From positions 67,857,247 through 67,890,991 of the forward strand of contig NC_068988.1 in the NCBI RefSeq assembly GCF_001194135.2: DNA of 33,745 nt, given 5' to 3'. Each line of letters opens with the position of its first letter. Positions within the stretch are counted from its first letter, which is position 1. Source of the DNA: Octopus bimaculoides (taxonomy: Eukaryota). Below are positions 33,634 through 33,745 of the stretch, piece after piece. The position numbers were made by a program, and so were the translations under genes. The notes under the pieces are model-generated. The model was given only the letters and a program-made list of their open reading frames with translations. It was not told the DNA's origin and made no database searches.

Positions 33634-33745
33634 ATTATCGGTCGCACTTACGTGGTATATGTGCTTTGTTTATACGCCAAACTTGCTGCAAAATATATCT
33701 AAAGTAAGCTCCCTATTCGACGCCGAGTGTACGTATATATATATT

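Overview
AT-rich, microsatellite-dense eukaryotic DNA from a gapped short-read assembly (9 N-gaps, 3,869 bp in total, most of them abutting simple repeats). The tRNA-derived SINE families resemble those I know from Octopus genomes, so a coleoid cephalopod origin is likely, but that is inference. I found no intact host protein-coding gene; most listed ORFs are translations of microsatellites, gaps or decayed transposons. The window is a transposon graveyard: (1) a complete ~1.27 kb Tc1-type element with TIRs, TA duplication and an apparent DD36E catalytic spacing, inserted into a Penelope-like reverse transcriptase whose frame rejoins exactly across the insertion; (2) a complete ~1.16 kb DD34D mariner plus three mariner fragments; (3) two head-to-tail pairs of a restriction-like-endonuclease (R4/Dong-like) LINE joined at CATA-type microsatellites, plus an RT fragment of that clade; (4) a CR1/L2-like fragment; (5) more than a dozen SINE pieces. 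The most unusual signal is a cluster of hammerhead-ribozyme-like motifs on the minus strand at about 18,490-18,746: one near-canonical type I hammerhead with a single core substitution, one partial repeat of it, and one set of hammerhead strands in a non-canonical order. A perfect 107-bp palindrome abuts a gap at 19,770.
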